DNA of 63,211 nucleotides, filler included, from Reclinomonas americana ATCC 50394 (lineage: Eukaryota): assembly GCA_048213135.1 (NCBI GenBank). It is 56 parts of 56 records of this genome, joined end to end, with 100 filler letters (N's around TTAATTAATTAA, not from the genome) between each part and the next. Parts side by side here need not be neighbours in the genome. Positions count along the whole stretch, not along the records: positions 61,062 to 62,086 come from AFZH01026799.1; positions 62,187 to 63,211 come from AFZH01026800.1; 54 more parts are not named here. One strand, 5' to 3'. Positions 61,107-63,211 of this stretch are shown here, one piece after another (position 1 is the first letter of the stretch; each line of letters begins with the position of its first letter). The position numbers and the translations under genes were made by a program. The notes beneath the pieces were generated by a model that saw only the letters and a list, made by a program, of their open reading frames with translations, was not told the origin of the DNA and searched no databases.

Positions 61107-62000
61107 CATTAACGTTCAGAGTGCATCCGGTGAACGTCAGGGAGCGCACATTGGGATTGTCGATCAGAATCTCAAAGCCAAACTCGAACTGCGAGTTGGC
61201 GGCCGACGGTCGACTCAACACCTGAATGACGTTGATGTAGATGTAGGGGCTCTGGAAGATCAGGTACCAGAGCAGGCCCGCCATCAAGGTGAGGAAGAGC
61301 AGTACGGCGAGCACCGAGGGGATCCAGCACGATTTGATGCAGTTGCGCCGACAACAGCCCAGCTTCTTGCGGTCGCGCAAGCGTCGTCGCATGTTGTCGT
61401 CCTTGGTGTTCGTCAACAGCGTGCCGTAATGGGTCGCCGTCACGCCGGCCTGCGTCGTCACCGCCACCACACCCTTCTCCGATGGGACGTCGTTGGCGAA
61501 CATGTAGTGCTCACTGTTTTCGCTCCCATCCTGCGGGCGCACGATGACGCATGTGAGACGGCGGGCGAGGTCAACATATTTGCCCTTCGGTCTGCGTCAC
61601 GCAACATCGGATCCCTCCATGGCGGACTCGGCATCGGCCTGCGTGCTCTGCGACGGTGTCGGCGACACAGGGCGCTTGCGCGAGGGCGCTGCACCTGCCT
61701 GTCCTCCACCGCCTGGCGCGCCACCAGGTACCGCCAAGCTGTTGCTGCTGCCGCCTCCAGTAACACCGCCGACGGCCAGCGAGGATGAGGAGGTCGACTT
61801 GAGGCCGTTCCCGAATCCGTTACTCATTGCACTGCCGCTAGGCAGTGCACCAACAGAGGCGACGACCGGCGCGTGCACACCAGCGTTGCTGCCGGTGCGC
61901 GGCAGGCGCGCGGGCTGGCCAGTCTGGTAGTACAGGTGACTGTTGACACTGTTCGAGGGCACGGCCATGCCGCCAGAGCCGTAGTTGCCTTGCAGGGTGC
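61107..62000 (-). CDS. Single-pass membrane protein with a LEA_2-like domain start
   Basis: Disordered N-terminus, Cys-rich juxtamembrane segment, TM helix, then EILIDNPNVRSL.F; ends at a GTTCGT donor. Confidence 0.6.
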
Positions 62001-62865
62001 CGCCTGGCAGGAAAAAATGAGAAGGCATGACAGAAGGTAGGAAGCGCACAGAGTGCCACTACTACCGCACCATTGCTGCGACCAATNNNNNNNNNNNNNN
62101 NNNNNNNNNNNNNNNNNNNNNNNNNNNNNNTTAATTAATTAANNNNNNNNNNNNNNNNNNNNNNNNNNNNNNNNNNNNNNNNNNNNCAAACCTGATCATC
62201 CAATGCCATCTCCGATGCGTTGCTGAGCAGTGCAGCACGCAGTGCAGCACACAAGGCCATTACCTCATTGATCCACACACCACCGGCCTGCAGTGGGAAA
62301 AGGTGAGTGAGTGTGCGTGTGTGAGTGTGGACATGGCATCGCTGTCTCTCTCTCTGACCGGCATCAGTGACTTGGAATAGACTTGTGTGGCCTCATCGGC
62401 GAGTGCGTAGAACTGACGCCACCTGGCGTGCACAGAGAGTGCGGGCGATGCAGACGAGGAAGCGGGAGTGATGGAGGAGGAGGCAGAGGAGGAGAGCGCG
62501 GAGAGGGCGACTGCCTGCAATCGGCGACTGAGCGGCGACTCGTGACTGCTCACAGTGGAGGCAGGAGAGGCGGAGGAGGCAGCGCGCGCCAAGGTGGACG
62601 AGAGAGAGTCGAGAAGCTGTGGAGGTGGCGACTGCAGCAGCTCATCGGCAGTCTGCGGCGGGGCCGACGACGAGGCGCCACTGCCCATCGCCTGCACACA
62701 GATTTGATTAAGTCGGAAAATTATAATGAATGGCGCCTTCGCGGTCATTTCATTGTCGTGGTGAAGACAAGTCAGCACCATTCGTTGCTTTGTTTTCCGT
62801 CGCCAGGCTGCATCAGAGAGTGTTTGTGTCAAAGAGTGGAGGTGGTGGTGGAGGAGGTGGTTGGT

Positions 62866-63211
62866 TTAGAACTGGCACTTGCTGCCGCTGGCGCCCGACT
62901 GGCATCGGCATGAGCCGTCGGCGTTGCAGGTGCCGCGGCCGCTGCAGGACTCGACGGGGCGGCATGAGCAGCGCGGACCGCCAATGCCCGCGTAGCAGCT
63001 GCATGTCTTGGTCGTCTGGTCGCAGAAGCCGTTGTAGAGGTTCGGGAAGCTCGGGAGGAACGGCGAGTTGCAGTCGGCGTCTGCGGCTCCCACAGTGAGT
63101 CGCCACACACATAAAAAAGAGGACACATCACGCCCGTGACTCACTCGTGTTGCACGAGTTCGGCGGGCTCGGTGGCGGCGGCAGCGCAGATGTGCGAGTG
63201 CCACAGTTCGA
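62866..63211 (-). CDS. EGF-like Cys-rich C-terminus
   Basis: CSGRGTCNADGSCRCQSGASGSKC and NGFCDQTTKTCSCYAGIGGPRC. Confidence 0.75.
   Translation of the reverse strand, partial: RTVALAHLRCRRHRARRTRATRVSHGRDVSSFLCVWRLTVGAADADCNSPFLPSFPNLYNGFCDQTTKTCSCYAGIGGPRCSCRPVESCSGRGTCNADGSCRCQSGASGSKCQF

Noticed and set aside
1..63211. rRNA, tRNA, snRNA genes, CRISPR arrays or multi-gene systems spanning contigs
   Set aside because: None recognised by eye, and adjacency across spacers roughly follows contig length rather than genome order.

Overview
This window is not one locus. It is 56 unrelated short contigs (about 1.03 kb each) joined by an artificial 100-nt spacer (N44-TTAATTAATTAA-N44), so no gene order can be inferred across spacers. 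Most contigs come from a GC-rich, intron-rich, microsatellite-rich eukaryote. CFAP46 and WDR34 indicate a flagellate, and a mitochondrial gamma-carbonic anhydrase and a nuclear-encoded organellar EF-P point to a non-opisthokont protist. Five contigs are bacterial (probably alphaproteobacterial), and one AT-rich contig looks viral. Recognisable eukaryotic gene fragments include a Sir2 sirtuin, CFAP46, EF-P, EF-Ts, an SLC35 transporter, a UvrD/Srs2-type helicase, NASP, ARMC7, a tandem adenosine deaminase, a double homeobox, TFIP11, an ArfGAP, RPL6, gamma-CA, WDR34, a cis-prenyltransferase and an ABCB transporter. The most striking signal is in the introns. About a fifth of the donors I could place by eye (about 15 of 70) are GTTGCGT or close variants (GTTAAGT, GTTACGC, GTTGAAT, GTTGCAA). 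These look like the ordinary GTGCGT/GTAAGT donor shifted one base, with the conserved G at +6 instead of +5, often preceded by exonic CA or AA. This resembles the rare shifted-register U1 donors described in mammals, but here it appears to be a major class. All family calls rest on motif recognition from memory; no searches were run.
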